Source of the DNA: an uncultured Methanosarcinales archaeon | GTDB taxonomy: Archaea > Halobacteriota > Methanosarcinia > Methanosarcinales > Methanosarcinaceae | DNA: 29,171 nucleotides | NCBI GenBank assembly: GCA_964597005.1 | Contig: CAZQWP010000001.1 | Coordinates: 1 to 29,171, forward strand | Reading direction: 5' to 3' | Part shown: piece by piece, positions 8,048 to 18,498 of the stretch | Position numbering within the stretch: position 1 is the first letter of the stretch | Layout of the letters: every line of letters begins with the position of its first letter | The notes under the pieces: model-generated | Told to the model about the DNA's origin: nothing | What the model saw: the letters and a program-made list of their open reading frames with translations, nothing else | Database searches by the model: none | Made by a program: the position numbers and the translations under genes

Positions 8048-8213
8048 ATTCGTAGTACTGACCGATTAGTATAAATCTTGAACGATTGGTCCGAAAATGG
8101 GTCATTTGAGAGGGTCAGCAAAACAAATGGGGGCCATATACTTTGGTGTTGATGAATTGTGACAGACCAACGTTTCATAAGGATTTTAAACGATGGCTTT
8201 AATAAAAATTAAC

Positions 8214-8405
8214 ATGCGATTCAAAGTTGTTATTGAAGAAGACGAAAAAGATGGTGGGTATGTTGTTAGCTGCCCTGCGCTGCAGGGTTGCTTTTCTTAG
8301 GAGGATTCGGTCGAAGAGGCTCTTGAAAACATCAAGGAGGAAATGCAGGTATGTATGGAGTCCCTTACTGAAGATGAACTTAAATACGGGCCTGCCGGGA
8401 CTTGA
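8214..8405 (+). pseudogene. hicB: HicB-family (UPF0150) antitoxin, interrupted and truncated
   Basis: MRFKVVIEEDEKDGGYVVSCPALQGCFS*EDSVEEALENIKEE. In-frame TAG at 8298-8300, and the frame runs into the tRNA-Arg 3' end. Not present in the ORF track. Confidence 0.8.
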
Positions 8406-8458
8406 ACCCGGGATATAAGCTCCGGAGGCTTATGTGCTATCCACTACACTACAGGCCC
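8387..8458 (-). tRNA. tRNA-Arg (anticodon CCG), no intron, CCA not encoded
   Basis: Cloverleaf: acceptor GGGCCUG/CAGGCCC, anticodon arm UAAGC-CUCCGGA-GCUUA, T arm CCGGG-UUCAAGU-CCCGG. A20 Arg identity element is present. Confidence 0.96.
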
Positions 8459-8683
8459 ATTAAGAGAAGTAAAAGGATTTTGGTGTAAGCTAGGTGAATG
8501 CTTTTATGGGTGATAAATTTGATGTTAGGTGGAGTGGGTGCGAAATGCATGCACGTGATTTTGAAAAATATTGAACAGTTTAATGAAAAATGTCTAATAT
8601 TACTCAAAGTGGATAAGTTGAAAGTCCAGATTAAGTAAAATGATTGAATTCACAAACAATATATAATAATTTACTCTTTTAAG

Positions 8684-8768
8684 TAAAAAAAGCCCTTACA
8701 AAACAAGAAGATGAGTTGTTACAGATGAACCATCTGTAACGTTTTTCTAACTCACTGGAAACCAGTGA
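8684..8768 (-). terminator. Structured 3' end of the str/S10 transcript: two hairpins then an oligo-T tract
   Basis: TCACTGG-AAA-CCAGTGA (8752-8768) and GTTACAGATG-AAC-CATCTGTAAC (8718-8740), then a T7 run on the minus strand at about 8685-8691. Confidence 0.6.
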
Positions 8769-8780
8769 CCGTTCATACTA

Positions 8781-9098
<318 letters not shown>

Positions 9099-9120
9099 TC
9101 ACGTGAAAAAAGGAGAAGAA

Positions 9121-10386
9121 TTATTTCTCCTTAGCACTCATGCACATACCGGCAGCAATTGTCATTCCCATATCCCTGACAGCAAACCTGCCGAGCTGTG
9201 GGATCTCCTTAACCGGCTCAATGACCATAGGTCTTGTCGGTTTAACGGTAATGATCGCTGCATCCCCTGCCTTAATGAAAGTCGGGTTCTCCTCTTTCAC
9301 CTGACCGGACTTGGGGTCAAGCTTCTTATCAAGGGACATAAAGGTACATGCTGTCTGCGCTGTGTGGCAGTGGAACACAGGTGTATATCCTACAGTGATA
9401 GCTGACGGGTGCTGCAACACAACAATCTGTGCAGTAAACTCATCCGCAACCGTTGGTGGGTTAGCTTTCGGACCGCAGACGTCACCTCTTCTAACATCAG
9501 TCTTCCCGACACCACGCACATTCCATCCGATATTGTCACCGGGTACAGCCTGCGCAATTTCCTCGTGGTGCATCTCAATAGATTTAACCTCGCCGCCTAC
9601 GCCGCTTGGCATGAATACTACATTTTCACCCTTCTTCATAATTCCGGTCTCAACCCTGCCCACAGGCACGGTACCTATACCGGAGATGGTGTAAGCATCC
9701 TGCACCGGGATCCTCAATGGAAGTTTGTCCGGTTTCTCTGGCACATTGAGTTCATCAAGTGCTTTCAGAATGGATGGTCCCTTATACCAGGGTGTATTCT
9801 CGCTTGGCTTGGAGATATTGTCACCTGCAAATGCAGATGTGGGTATGAACGGAATCTCACTTGCTTTGAACCCTACCATACCGAGAAGCTGTGAAACTTC
9901 TTTCTTGACCTCGTTGTACCTTTCCTCGCTGTACTTTGAAGAATCCATCTTGTTAACTGCAATGATCAACTGGTTGATACCCAAAGTTCTTGAAAGGAAC
10001 ACGTGCTCCTTTGTCTGGTCCATCACACCATCAGGTGCTGCAACCACAAGAATCGCCGCATCTGCCTGGGAGGCACCTGTGATCATATTTTTCACAAAGT
10101 CCCTGTGACCCGGACAGTCCACAATGGTAAAGTAGAACTTGTCAGTATCAAATCTCTTATGTGCAATATCAATCGTGATACCTCTTTCCCTCTCTTCCTT
10201 GAGTGAGTCCATGACCCATGCGAATGCAAAGGATTCTTTACCCTTCTCTTTCGCTTCAGCTTTAAACTTTTCAATAACATGTGCAGGCACTGCACCAGTC
10301 TCGTACATCAACCTGCCAACAAGTGTAGACTTGCCATGGTCGATGTGACCGATAACTGCTAAGTTCATGTGTGGTTTCTCTGCCAT
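9121..10386 (-). CDS. tuf: Translation elongation factor EF-1 alpha
   Basis: [30 protein letters not shown]. Confidence 0.98.
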   Translation of the reverse strand: MAEKPHMNLAVIGHIDHGKSTLVGRLMYETGAVPAHVIEKFKAEAKEKGKESFAFAWVMDSLKEERERGITIDIAHKRFDTDKFYFTIVDCPGHRDFVKNMITGASQADAAILVVAAPDGVMDQTKEHVFLSRTLGINQLIIAVNKMDSSKYSEERYNEVKKEVSQLLGMVGFKASEIPFIPTSAFAGDNISKPSENTPWYKGPSILKALDELNVPEKPDKLPLRIPVQDAYTISGIGTVPVGRVETGIMKKGENVVFMPSGVGGEVKSIEMHHEEIAQAVPGDNIGWNVRGVGKTDVRRGDVCGPKANPPTVADEFTAQIVVLQHPSAITVGYTPVFHCHTAQTACTFMSLDKKLDPKSGQVKEENPTFIKAGDAAIITVKPTRPMVIEPVKEIPQLGRFAVRDMGMTIAAGMCMSAKEK

Positions 10387-10457
10387 ACATTTATTCTCCT
10401 TTTAACTCCATTTCAATATCAAATTAATATGATTTGACCATAATAGTTGTTTTAATG

Positions 10458-10470
10458 CTTAAACCTTTCC
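10458..10470 (-). promoter_or_regulatory. Probable internal BRE-TATA promoter for tuf
   Basis: GGAAAGG-TTTAAG on the minus strand in the 124-bp fusA-tuf gap. Confidence 0.5.
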
Positions 10471-10510
10471 GAAGATTAAAGTAGAATTTTACCAAAAACC
10501 GCGAATCATC

Positions 10511-12703
10511 CTACAAACTCACGAAGTCCGTTGATTTCGGCAATTCCGCCTTCAATCCCTTCCGTTCCCTGATCTGTTTCACAACATCAGTGACAAGATT
10601 TGCAGGAAGAGGTTCAAATCCAATGAATTCCGTACTCCACATTGCACGGCCTTCAGTTGCAGACCTTACATCTCCGGCAAACCCGAACAATTCCGAAACA
10701 GGTGCCTTGGATTCTATCATGGTCATATCGCCTTCCGATGTCATGTTCGTAATAATTCCGCGGCGACCCTGTATCTCCTTGGTAGCCCCGCCCATATGGT
10801 CCTGAGGGACCTGAATGAACACCTTCTGGTATGGTTCGAGCATGGTATCATTTGCCATGAGCATTGCTGCCTGTATAGCCTGTCTCGATGCAGGGATCAC
10901 CTGTGCTGGACCACGGTGCACGGCATCTTCATGCAACTTTGCATCCATGAGTTTCACCTTCACGCCCATACACGGTTCCCTGGAAAGAGGACCGGCTTTC
11001 ATGACCTCTGCAAACCCTTCAAGGATGAGTTCCATGGTCTCATTCAAATACTGGATACCCTTTGTGAGGTCCACATAGATATTGGTCTCATTAATATCAA
11101 CAATACCTTTTGCCTCCTCTTTAGTCATTCCAACAGACATCAATTTTTCCCTGCGTTCCAGTTCAGGCATTCTCATTGAGACCCCGCCTTCCCTGATAAG
11201 TTCAACCACATCCTGTTCAAGTGGCTCCACCACTACATAGAACCTGTTATGCCTGTTTGGAGACTTACCCTCCACCGGTCCGGCAGTGCCTCGTATCGTC
11301 TCACGGTATACCACAAGCGGTGGCGTGGTGGTTATCTCAACTTTCTTGTCACGTTCTATCCTGTGTGCAATAACCTCAAGGTGCAGTTCACCCATACCTG
11401 CCATCAAGTGCTCCCCAGTCTCCTCATTAAGAGTGATCTTAAGTGTTGGGTCTTCCTTGGCAACCTGCCTTAAGACCTCTACGAGTTTCGGCAGGTCCTT
11501 CATGTGTTTTGCCTCAACCGCAACGGTCACCACAGGTTCACTTGCATGCCTGATACTTTCGAATGGGGTCATACCCTCAAGTGTGGTAACTGTTGAACCA
11601 ACGATCGCGTCCTTAAGTCCGGTAACGGCTGCAATGTTCCCGGCAGGGATAACATCCACTTCGAGACGTTCAGGTCCCATAAAGATACCAACCTGCTGTA
11701 TCCTGTTAGTTTTAGGGGCACCGGATACGTATACTTCCATACCACGTGTCAAGGAACCACTAAATAACCGGCCTGTTGACACCTCTCCAGCATGCGGATC
11801 CATGGAAATGTCGGTGACCATGAATGCCAGATCTCCATTGGCATCTGCGTTCTTCATGGATATTCCGATAACAGATTGTTTATCACCGTGCCAGATCGCA
11901 TTAACCCTGCCCTCCTGTGCATCGAGGGGGTTCGGGAGGAAACGGATCACCATATCGTTCACAGCTTCATGCAGCGGACATTTTTCTGCAAGTGCCTTCA
12001 TGTCTCCTTCCTTGCAATAATTGAACACATCATTAAAGGATACGCCGGTTTTCTGCATCATCGGCACGCTGATCGCCCAGTTGTACAATGCTGAACCGAA
12101 TGCAACAGTACCGGCAGCAGCATCAACTCTCCAGCCTTCCTTGTAACGATCTTCGTTCATACCTTTGATCAGCTTATTGACATGGTCGATCAATTTACCC
12201 AGCCGGATCTGCATCTCCTGTGAATCCACCTGCAACTCGTTGATCAGACGGTCCACCTTGTTGATGAACAGCACAGGTTTAACATGCTCCTTAAGCGCCT
12301 GCCGCAGCACGGTCTCGGTCTGGGGCATGGTGCCCTCAACCGCATCAATAACAACAACCGCACCATCAACCGCACGCATTGCACGTGTAACGTCGCCACC
12401 GAAGTCAACGTGACCAGGTGTATCGATCAGGTTGATGAGGTATTCCTCCCCACCATATTCATGGACCATTGAAACGTTTGCGGAGTCAATTGTGATACCA
12501 CGTTCCTGCTCCTCCTCATCAGAATCCATGAATAACTGGCGACCTGCGAGTTCCTTGGAGATCATGCCAGCACCAGCCAGCAGGTTATCCGATAAAGTGG
12601 TTTTCCCGTGGTCGATATGAGCGACTATACCGATATTTCTGATTTTTTCCGGATTATTCATGAGCGCTGTCACGCGCTCAACCATTTTCTTCCTTCGTCC
12701 CAT
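10511..12703 (-). CDS. fusA: Translation elongation factor EF-2
   Basis: [21 protein letters not shown], diphthamide loop DAVHRGPAQ. Confidence 0.98.
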   Translation of the reverse strand: MGRRKKMVERVTALMNNPEKIRNIGIVAHIDHGKTTLSDNLLAGAGMISKELAGRQLFMDSDEEEQERGITIDSANVSMVHEYGGEEYLINLIDTPGHVDFGGDVTRAMRAVDGAVVVIDAVEGTMPQTETVLRQALKEHVKPVLFINKVDRLINELQVDSQEMQIRLGKLIDHVNKLIKGMNEDRYKEGWRVDAAAGTVAFGSALYNWAISVPMMQKTGVSFNDVFNYCKEGDMKALAEKCPLHEAVNDMVIRFLPNPLDAQEGRVNAIWHGDKQSVIGISMKNADANGDLAFMVTDISMDPHAGEVSTGRLFSGSLTRGMEVYVSGAPKTNRIQQVGIFMGPERLEVDVIPAGNIAAVTGLKDAIVGSTVTTLEGMTPFESIRHASEPVVTVAVEAKHMKDLPKLVEVLRQVAKEDPTLKITLNEETGEHLMAGMGELHLEVIAHRIERDKKVEITTTPPLVVYRETIRGTAGPVEGKSPNRHNRFYVVVEPLEQDVVELIREGGVSMRMPELERREKLMSVGMTKEEAKGIVDINETNIYVDLTKGIQYLNETMELILEGFAEVMKAGPLSREPCMGVKVKLMDAKLHEDAVHRGPAQVIPASRQAIQAAMLMANDTMLEPYQKVFIQVPQDHMGGATKEIQGRRGIITNMTSEGDMTMIESKAPVSELFGFAGDVRSATEGRAMWSTEFIGFEPLPANLVTDVVKQIRERKGLKAELPKSTDFVSL

Positions 12704-12749
12704 GTTAATGACCTGTATAACTTAATTATTATAACAAAAAGTAGCTGAA

Positions 12750-13310
12750 CTAACGTGCTGCTTTTGCCACCCTTTCCTTTGAATCCTTCCTGTTGATGGA
12801 AAAACACTTAGCATCATGGTTTGCCGCTGCAATTATCTCCGCTGCCAGACAATCTCCAATCGGGCGTTTTGACTTGAATGCCGCCTGCTTCGCACCCATT
12901 GAAATAAATCTCAGGGCAGCATCAACGCGCCTTTGGGGTGCGGTATCCACTGCTTTGGGAACGGATATCCCTCCGTACTTGAGCCTCACAACCTCTTCCC
13001 TTGGACCGGCATTTGCAATAGCCTCTACTAGAACCTGTACAGGGTTCTTCTTAGTCTTTAACATTATAACGTCAAATGCATCATTCACAATACGCATTGC
13101 AAGCTGTTTCTTGCCCGTATTGCTCTCTGTTTGCATCATTTTGTTTACCAGACGTTCAACGATCGAAATATCTGATTTATTAAACTGCTGTCTTGCATGT
13201 TTTCCATTCGTGTGGGGAATAACAATAGGTTCGAGACTAACATATCTTTTGATTCCAGGGTCTGTTATCTCTACTTCGGATAGGTCCCATTTGCCAAAAA
13301 CTTTGTACAT
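12750..13310 (-). CDS. rpsG: 30S ribosomal protein S7 (uS7)
   Basis: Start reassigned to MYKVFGKWD (13310). [24 protein letters not shown]. Confidence 0.96.
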   Translation of the reverse strand: MYKVFGKWDLSEVEITDPGIKRYVSLEPIVIPHTNGKHARQQFNKSDISIVERLVNKMMQTESNTGKKQLAMRIVNDAFDVIMLKTKKNPVQVLVEAIANAGPREEVVRLKYGGISVPKAVDTAPQRRVDAALRFISMGAKQAAFKSKRPIGDCLAAEIIAAANHDAKCFSINRKDSKERVAKAAR

Positions 13311-13315
13311 AATAA

Positions 13316-13744
13316 TTATCTCCTTGGTTTCTCCTTTCGCCCGATTACCATTTCCCTCAAACATACGTTGTTTACGGCAATCACTTTGAACCGGACACCT
13401 GGAATATCACCCTTGGCACCACCCATACGGCCGCCAATCCTTTCAACTGTTACTTCATCATGTTCGTCAATAAAGTTGATCGCACCGTCCCCAGGACAGA
13501 AAGCCGTTGCCTGACGTCCATTTTTGATCAACTGAATCCGAACGCACTTCCTGATCGCGGAGTTCGGCTGTTTTGCCTCAATCCCTACTTTCTCGAGCAC
13601 AATTCCGCGTCCCTGCGGGGCGCCCCCGAGAGGGTCTGATTTTATATTCAATCCAAGGGTACGCCGATTGTAACGCGTATCCTTCCATCGCGCATCCTTT
13701 CGGATTTGCTGAAGTGTATGAGCTGCATATTTTCCGTTAGGCAT
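13316..13744 (-). CDS. rpsL: 30S ribosomal protein S12 (uS12/eS23)
   Basis: [22 protein letters not shown]. Confidence 0.97.
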   Translation of the reverse strand: MPNGKYAAHTLQQIRKDARWKDTRYNRRTLGLNIKSDPLGGAPQGRGIVLEKVGIEAKQPNSAIRKCVRIQLIKNGRQATAFCPGDGAINFIDEHDEVTVERIGGRMGGAKGDIPGVRFKVIAVNNVCLREMVIGRKEKPRR

Positions 13745-13793
13745 ATACTATGTCCTCCAATTATGTTCCATTTATGAGTGTAAATTTGATCTT

Positions 13794-14219
13794 TTATTGC
13801 AGAATCACATCATCAATATCGTGATGCCGATGTGCAAGCATTTTAACCTTCTCAATGTTCTTGCCCTCGCGTCCTATAGCAAGACCTTTGTCTTTATTAG
13901 ATACTTCTACATAAGCCAATCGCTTGTTATGTTTGTATAGGATGTTCACAGATCTAACAGATACGAAACCGAACGCGTTCTTTATAAATGTAACTGGATC
14001 GTCTGAATATTCAACGAGTTCGATATGTTTATCAACGCTTTTTTTCATGCGGTTAATATGGTCACCGTTTCTGCCAATAGCTGCCCCCATATCCCCGGGC
14101 TTTACAACAAATATTATCCTTTCGTCATCCACAATACAATCCCGGGTAGTTGCTCCGGTCACACTTTCAAACAAAGCTATGTATCTGATTCCTTCTGTTG
14201 AAAGTCTGATCTCACTCAA
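13794..14219 (-). CDS. nusA: Archaeal NusA-like KH-domain transcription factor
   Basis: GAAIGRNG and GLAIGREGKN KH motifs. TTG start at 14219 (alternative TTG at 14228) after AAGGAG. Confidence 0.92.
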   Translation of the reverse strand: MSEIRLSTEGIRYIALFESVTGATTRDCIVDDERIIFVVKPGDMGAAIGRNGDHINRMKKSVDKHIELVEYSDDPVTFIKNAFGFVSVRSVNILYKHNKRLAYVEVSNKDKGLAIGREGKNIEKVKMLAHRHHDIDDVILQ

Positions 14220-14234
14220 ATAACGCAACTCCTT

Positions 14235-14522
14235 CTAAACCACAGCCAATATATCAGATTCTCCGGCATCAATGATCGCCAATGCAGCAATTGTAAACGG
14301 TTTACCACAGGCTGGCCCAAGTTCTACGTTCGTACCCGGATAGTTCAACACAGGTACCGTTGAAGACGCGATCTTTGTTTTCAGTTCTTTCGGACAGTTT
14401 GCAGCAAGAACTACCATTTTTGCATCTCCGTTAACTGCTGCATCAATAGTGAGTTTTGATCCAATTACCACTGCCCCGGTCCTGATAACTTTTATTAACG
14501 CTTTATCAATATTAATATCCAT
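14235..14522 (-). CDS. rpl30e: 50S ribosomal protein L30e
   Basis: [27 protein letters not shown]. Start at 14522 after GAGTTGA (alternative 14528). Confidence 0.95.
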   Translation of the reverse strand: MDINIDKALIKVIRTGAVVIGSKLTIDAAVNGDAKMVVLAANCPKELKTKIASSTVPVLNYPGTNVELGPACGKPFTIAALAIIDAGESDILAVV

Positions 14523-14684
14523 TTGCATCAACTCTTTTTTTGGTCCCAAATCAAGGTTCCTATTCTAATCACTAATTCAATATATCTACTTTCTGGTTGT
14601 GAGCGAGTAGCCACTAACTATCAATTCGACTTTGTGATCCATGAAGAAAGTCGCATACCCCTAATAAAAACCCACAGTTTCAAA

Positions 14685-15842
14685 TTACCCCATAGCCCCT
14701 CTTTTAACGACCAGGTGTACGTCCCCTGTTCCCATTTTAATGGGCTGTCCGACAATAATATTTTCAGTAACGCCGTTCAGTTCATCCACATCTCCACGCA
14801 TTCCCGCATCAAGAAGGTGGTTAACAGTGACCTCAAAAGCTGCACGGGCAAACACACTTGCCTTCTCACCCGAAATACCATGGCGTCCGATCTGTTTTAC
14901 CTCACCGTCACAGCTCATAATGTCCGAGACGAGCATGATATGCCGGATATCCACAGTAAGACCCTGCTCACGCAGGGTATCCATAGCTTCCTTTATGATC
15001 GAGTTCCTAGCAGCCTCAATACCAAACACCTCGTATATCTCACCAATGTTGTTGGTATAGGTTCTTGTCACATCCACTCCTTCGACCTGCAGGACTTTCT
15101 TGAGTACCGACCCCTCGGTATAAAGGGTATATTCTTCCCCGTCCTTTCGAATGACAACCCTCTTGACGCCTTCTATACCTTTAAGGGTAATATTATGTAT
15201 ATTCTTTGCAATCTGGAGAAGTTCCCGGTACGATGGTTTATCCGGTGTTATGATTATCTGGTTATCCACAACATCTGATATCTTCACCAGCACACCAAGA
15301 CCATCACGGAGCTTATCTGCAACATCATCAACAGTGACCTTTCTTTGAACGAGTGTTTTCTCATTCAGGTCAACAATAAGCTGCATATTTGCCAGGTCAG
15401 TTGTAACATCTGCCAGATGCTCGATATGAGTAGCCTCGATCTCCCATGCAAGGGTACGGACTATATCCCTGTCTGTCGCGTACTCCTTTTCGAGTGCAAT
15501 GGTCATCATCGGCGTACTGGGCGTCTTTCTTGCATCCACGATCTCTATCAGACGTGGCAAACCAAGTGTAACGTTAATCTCAGCCACACCAGCATAGTGG
15601 AACGTACGCATTGTCATCTGTGTGCCAGGTTCACCAATGGACTGGGCAGACACCACACCCACAGCCTCACAAGGCTCAACACAGGCGTATTCATAATTCT
15701 CCATAATACGCTTGATGATCTCTTCCATCTCTTTTTTGGTGACACCCACCTTCATAACGTCTTCCTTGAGCGTCGTAAGAATGTTATTTGGAAGCGGAAG
15801 ATTACTGACCATCGAGTCGATCGTTGCTTCACTTATAACCAT
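14685..15842 (-). CDS. rpoA2: RNA polymerase subunit A'' (Rpo1C)
   Basis: [43 protein letters not shown]. Confidence 0.97.
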   Translation of the reverse strand: MVISEATIDSMVSNLPLPNNILTTLKEDVMKVGVTKKEMEEIIKRIMENYEYACVEPCEAVGVVSAQSIGEPGTQMTMRTFHYAGVAEINVTLGLPRLIEIVDARKTPSTPMMTIALEKEYATDRDIVRTLAWEIEATHIEHLADVTTDLANMQLIVDLNEKTLVQRKVTVDDVADKLRDGLGVLVKISDVVDNQIIITPDKPSYRELLQIAKNIHNITLKGIEGVKRVVIRKDGEEYTLYTEGSVLKKVLQVEGVDVTRTYTNNIGEIYEVFGIEAARNSIIKEAMDTLREQGLTVDIRHIMLVSDIMSCDGEVKQIGRHGISGEKASVFARAAFEVTVNHLLDAGMRGDVDELNGVTENIIVGQPIKMGTGDVHLVVKRGAMG

Positions 15843-18488
15843 TTATGCCATCTCCTTACCTGTAACTGCCTCAACAACCCTGTGCACTGCCTCGGGTTTA
15901 CTATAGTCGCTCTTGGTGGAGTCAATTCCATCCTCACCATATTTGAACTGTACAACAACACCACGGGTTTCACGTACAGTGCCATCATACTGGACTTCCA
16001 GGTCCTGCAGGGCATTAACAAGACGCCTCTGGAGGTATCCTGACTGTGAAGTACGGACCGCCGTATCCACAAGACCCTCACGACCACCGATGGAGTGGAA
16101 GAAATATTCGGTGGGATTGAGCCCGCTCTTATAGCTAGCCTTGACAAAACCATGTGCGTCTGCAGCCAGATCACCTTTTTTAAAGTGAGGCAGAGTTCTA
16201 CCTGCATACCCTCTTCGGATACGTTCTCCACGAACTGCCTGCTGCCCAACACACGCCGCCATCTGGGTCAAGTTCAGCATCGAACCCCTTGCACCGGATT
16301 TTGCCATTATCACAGCAGAGTTTTCCAACCCCAGATGATTACCTGCAATGGCACCGGTCTGGTCCCTGGCTTTACCCAGTTTTTGCATAATCTTCATCTC
16401 GATGGTCTCGGCAAGTGTTCGACCTGGCAGTGGTTCAAGCTCCTTTGCTATATATGCCTTGATCAGCTGCTTGACCTCCTCTTCAGCATCAGCCATAACC
16501 CCTGCAATCTGCATCTCTGCCTCCTTTGGAATATCCTCGTCACTAATACCAAAACTGAGTCCTGTACGCATTATTCCGCGAATTGCAAGCCGTGTAACAT
16601 CATCTACAAATTTAGCACCTGCTGTAGTGCCGTATTGTTTCACGATGGTGTCAAGAACAATACCTTTGAACGCCCCGATGGACTTTTCATCGATGGTACC
16701 AAGAATCAGTTCCCCATCTTTGATCACAACATATGCATCGTTCTCACATTTTGATTTTTTACATTCGTCACAATTAAAGCATACCTCTGCCGAGAATTCA
16801 AGATTGAGCCCTTTTGGAAGGATATGGCTGAATATCTGCTTCCCATTCCAGTACGGCTCCCCAGCGTCATTATACCCGGCAGGATCCCTTAGTTCCCTTA
16901 TATCGGACTTCCTGAGCAGTTCAAGGGCATCATTCTTGCTGATCATCTTTTCATTCCTTGTGAGCAGGAACATGCCTGAGATATGGTCATGTATCCCACC
17001 GATGATCGGACCACCGAAACGCGGCGATAGGATGTTCTCCTGCACCTGCATCAGGATTTTCGCTTCTGCCCTGGACTCAGCTGTCTGGAGCACATGCATG
17101 TTCATCTCATCACCATCAAAGTCAGCATTGTAGGGAGGACATACAGCAGGATTCAACTTGAAGGTCTTATTGGGCAGCACCTTCACAAAGTGTGCCATGA
17201 TACTCATCTTATGAAGAGATGGCTGCCTGTTGAACAGTACAATGTCCCCGTCCTGTAACTTTCTCTCAACGGTCCAGCCGGGTTCCAGTTTCTCAGCGAG
17301 TTCTTCACGATTGGCTTCTGTAACCTTAAGACGCCGTTCGTCTGCGCGTATGACATAATTTGCACCGGGGTGGACCTCATTTCCACGTGCCACATACGTC
17401 CGCATAAGTTCCAGATTTCTTTGTATGATCCTCACAGGGATCGTCATCTGCATGGCAATGTCAAGAGGCACGCCCACTTCATTAATACTGAGGTTCGGAT
17501 CAGGGGATACAACGGTACGTGCCGAGAAATTGACACGTTTTCCTGACAGGCTTCCTCTAAACCTGCCCTCCTTTCCTTTCAGTCGCTGGGACAGTGTCTT
17601 AAGCGGTCTGCCTGATCGGTGACGTGCAGGAGGCACACCTGATACTTCGTTGTCATAGAAGGTAGTAACATGGTACTGTAACAGTTCCCACAGATCTTCT
17701 ATGATCAACTGAGGGGCTCCAGCTTCACGGTTTTCCTGGAAACGCTGGTTAATACGTATTATATCTACAAGTTTGTGTGTGAGATCATCCTCACTCCGCT
17801 GACCAGATTCTAAGGTAATGGACGGACGAACCGTCACAGGTGGTACGGGAAGGACTGTTAATATCATCCATTCTGGTCTTGCACTATCAGGGTCCATGCC
17901 CATCACACGCACATCTTCATCAGAGATGTTCTCGAACCTGTCGCGTATCTCTGAAGGAGTGAGCTTATGCCCGTCTTCGATGTATTCCACCGGTTTTTCG
18001 AACTTTATCGGCTGCTGCACCTCTCCGCAGTACGGGCAGACCTTTGTCTTCGCAGCCTCTTTACCAACATTGCTTGCAATCTCATCCGGAAGGTGTCCCA
18101 TCTCTTTGAATGTGGCAAATTGCTCAAGATATTCTTTTTTCTTTGCCGGCTCAAGCAATAAACTGCTGCATTTTCGGCATATTGAGCGCAGAGTCTTCCT
18201 GATCGTCTTATTGAACCCCACATGTATGACAGGTGCAACAAGTTCAATATGCCCGAAATGACCGGGACATTCCCCGGCCCTGCCCACACAGGTCTTGCAT
18301 TTAAGACCCGGATCGATCACACCAAGTCGCAGGTCCATCAGTCCCATGTCAATAGGGTAGCCGTCATCATCATATGTGTCGGCTGTTATAATCGCTGTAA
18401 CACTCATTTTCCTGATCTCTTTGGGAGAGATCAGTCCAAATTTGATTGCAGAGATCCGTTTTGGAATAGAAGGTATCATGTTGTCCAT
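15843..18488 (-). CDS. rpoA1: RNA polymerase subunit A' (Rpo1N)
   Basis: Catalytic YNADFDGDEMN, CPGHFGHIEL, GRFRGSLSGKRV, DTAVRTSQSGYLQRRL. No intein. Confidence 0.98.
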   Translation of the reverse strand: MDNMIPSIPKRISAIKFGLISPKEIRKMSVTAIITADTYDDDGYPIDMGLMDLRLGVIDPGLKCKTCVGRAGECPGHFGHIELVAPVIHVGFNKTIRKTLRSICRKCSSLLLEPAKKKEYLEQFATFKEMGHLPDEIASNVGKEAAKTKVCPYCGEVQQPIKFEKPVEYIEDGHKLTPSEIRDRFENISDEDVRVMGMDPDSARPEWMILTVLPVPPVTVRPSITLESGQRSEDDLTHKLVDIIRINQRFQENREAGAPQLIIEDLWELLQYHVTTFYDNEVSGVPPARHRSGRPLKTLSQRLKGKEGRFRGSLSGKRVNFSARTVVSPDPNLSINEVGVPLDIAMQMTIPVRIIQRNLELMRTYVARGNEVHPGANYVIRADERRLKVTEANREELAEKLEPGWTVERKLQDGDIVLFNRQPSLHKMSIMAHFVKVLPNKTFKLNPAVCPPYNADFDGDEMNMHVLQTAESRAEAKILMQVQENILSPRFGGPIIGGIHDHISGMFLLTRNEKMISKNDALELLRKSDIRELRDPAGYNDAGEPYWNGKQIFSHILPKGLNLEFSAEVCFNCDECKKSKCENDAYVVIKDGELILGTIDEKSIGAFKGIVLDTIVKQYGTTAGAKFVDDVTRLAIRGIMRTGLSFGISDEDIPKEAEMQIAGVMADAEEEVKQLIKAYIAKELEPLPGRTLAETIEMKIMQKLGKARDQTGAIAGNHLGLENSAVIMAKSGARGSMLNLTQMAACVGQQAVRGERIRRGYAGRTLPHFKKGDLAADAHGFVKASYKSGLNPTEYFFHSIGGREGLVDTAVRTSQSGYLQRRLVNALQDLEVQYDGTVRETRGVVVQFKYGEDGIDSTKSDYSKPEAVHRVVEAVTGKEMA

Positions 18489-18498
18489 TTCACATCAC

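Noticed and set aside
8093-8152. FERVSKTNGGHILW, faintly like the HicA (R/K)xxGSH motif upstream of hicB
   Set aside because: Too short and divergent, with no start codon, and it overlaps the reductase promoter region.
8227-8418. 63-aa ORF from the track
   Set aside because: Wrong frame. The real coding signal is the amber-interrupted hicB frame starting at 8214.
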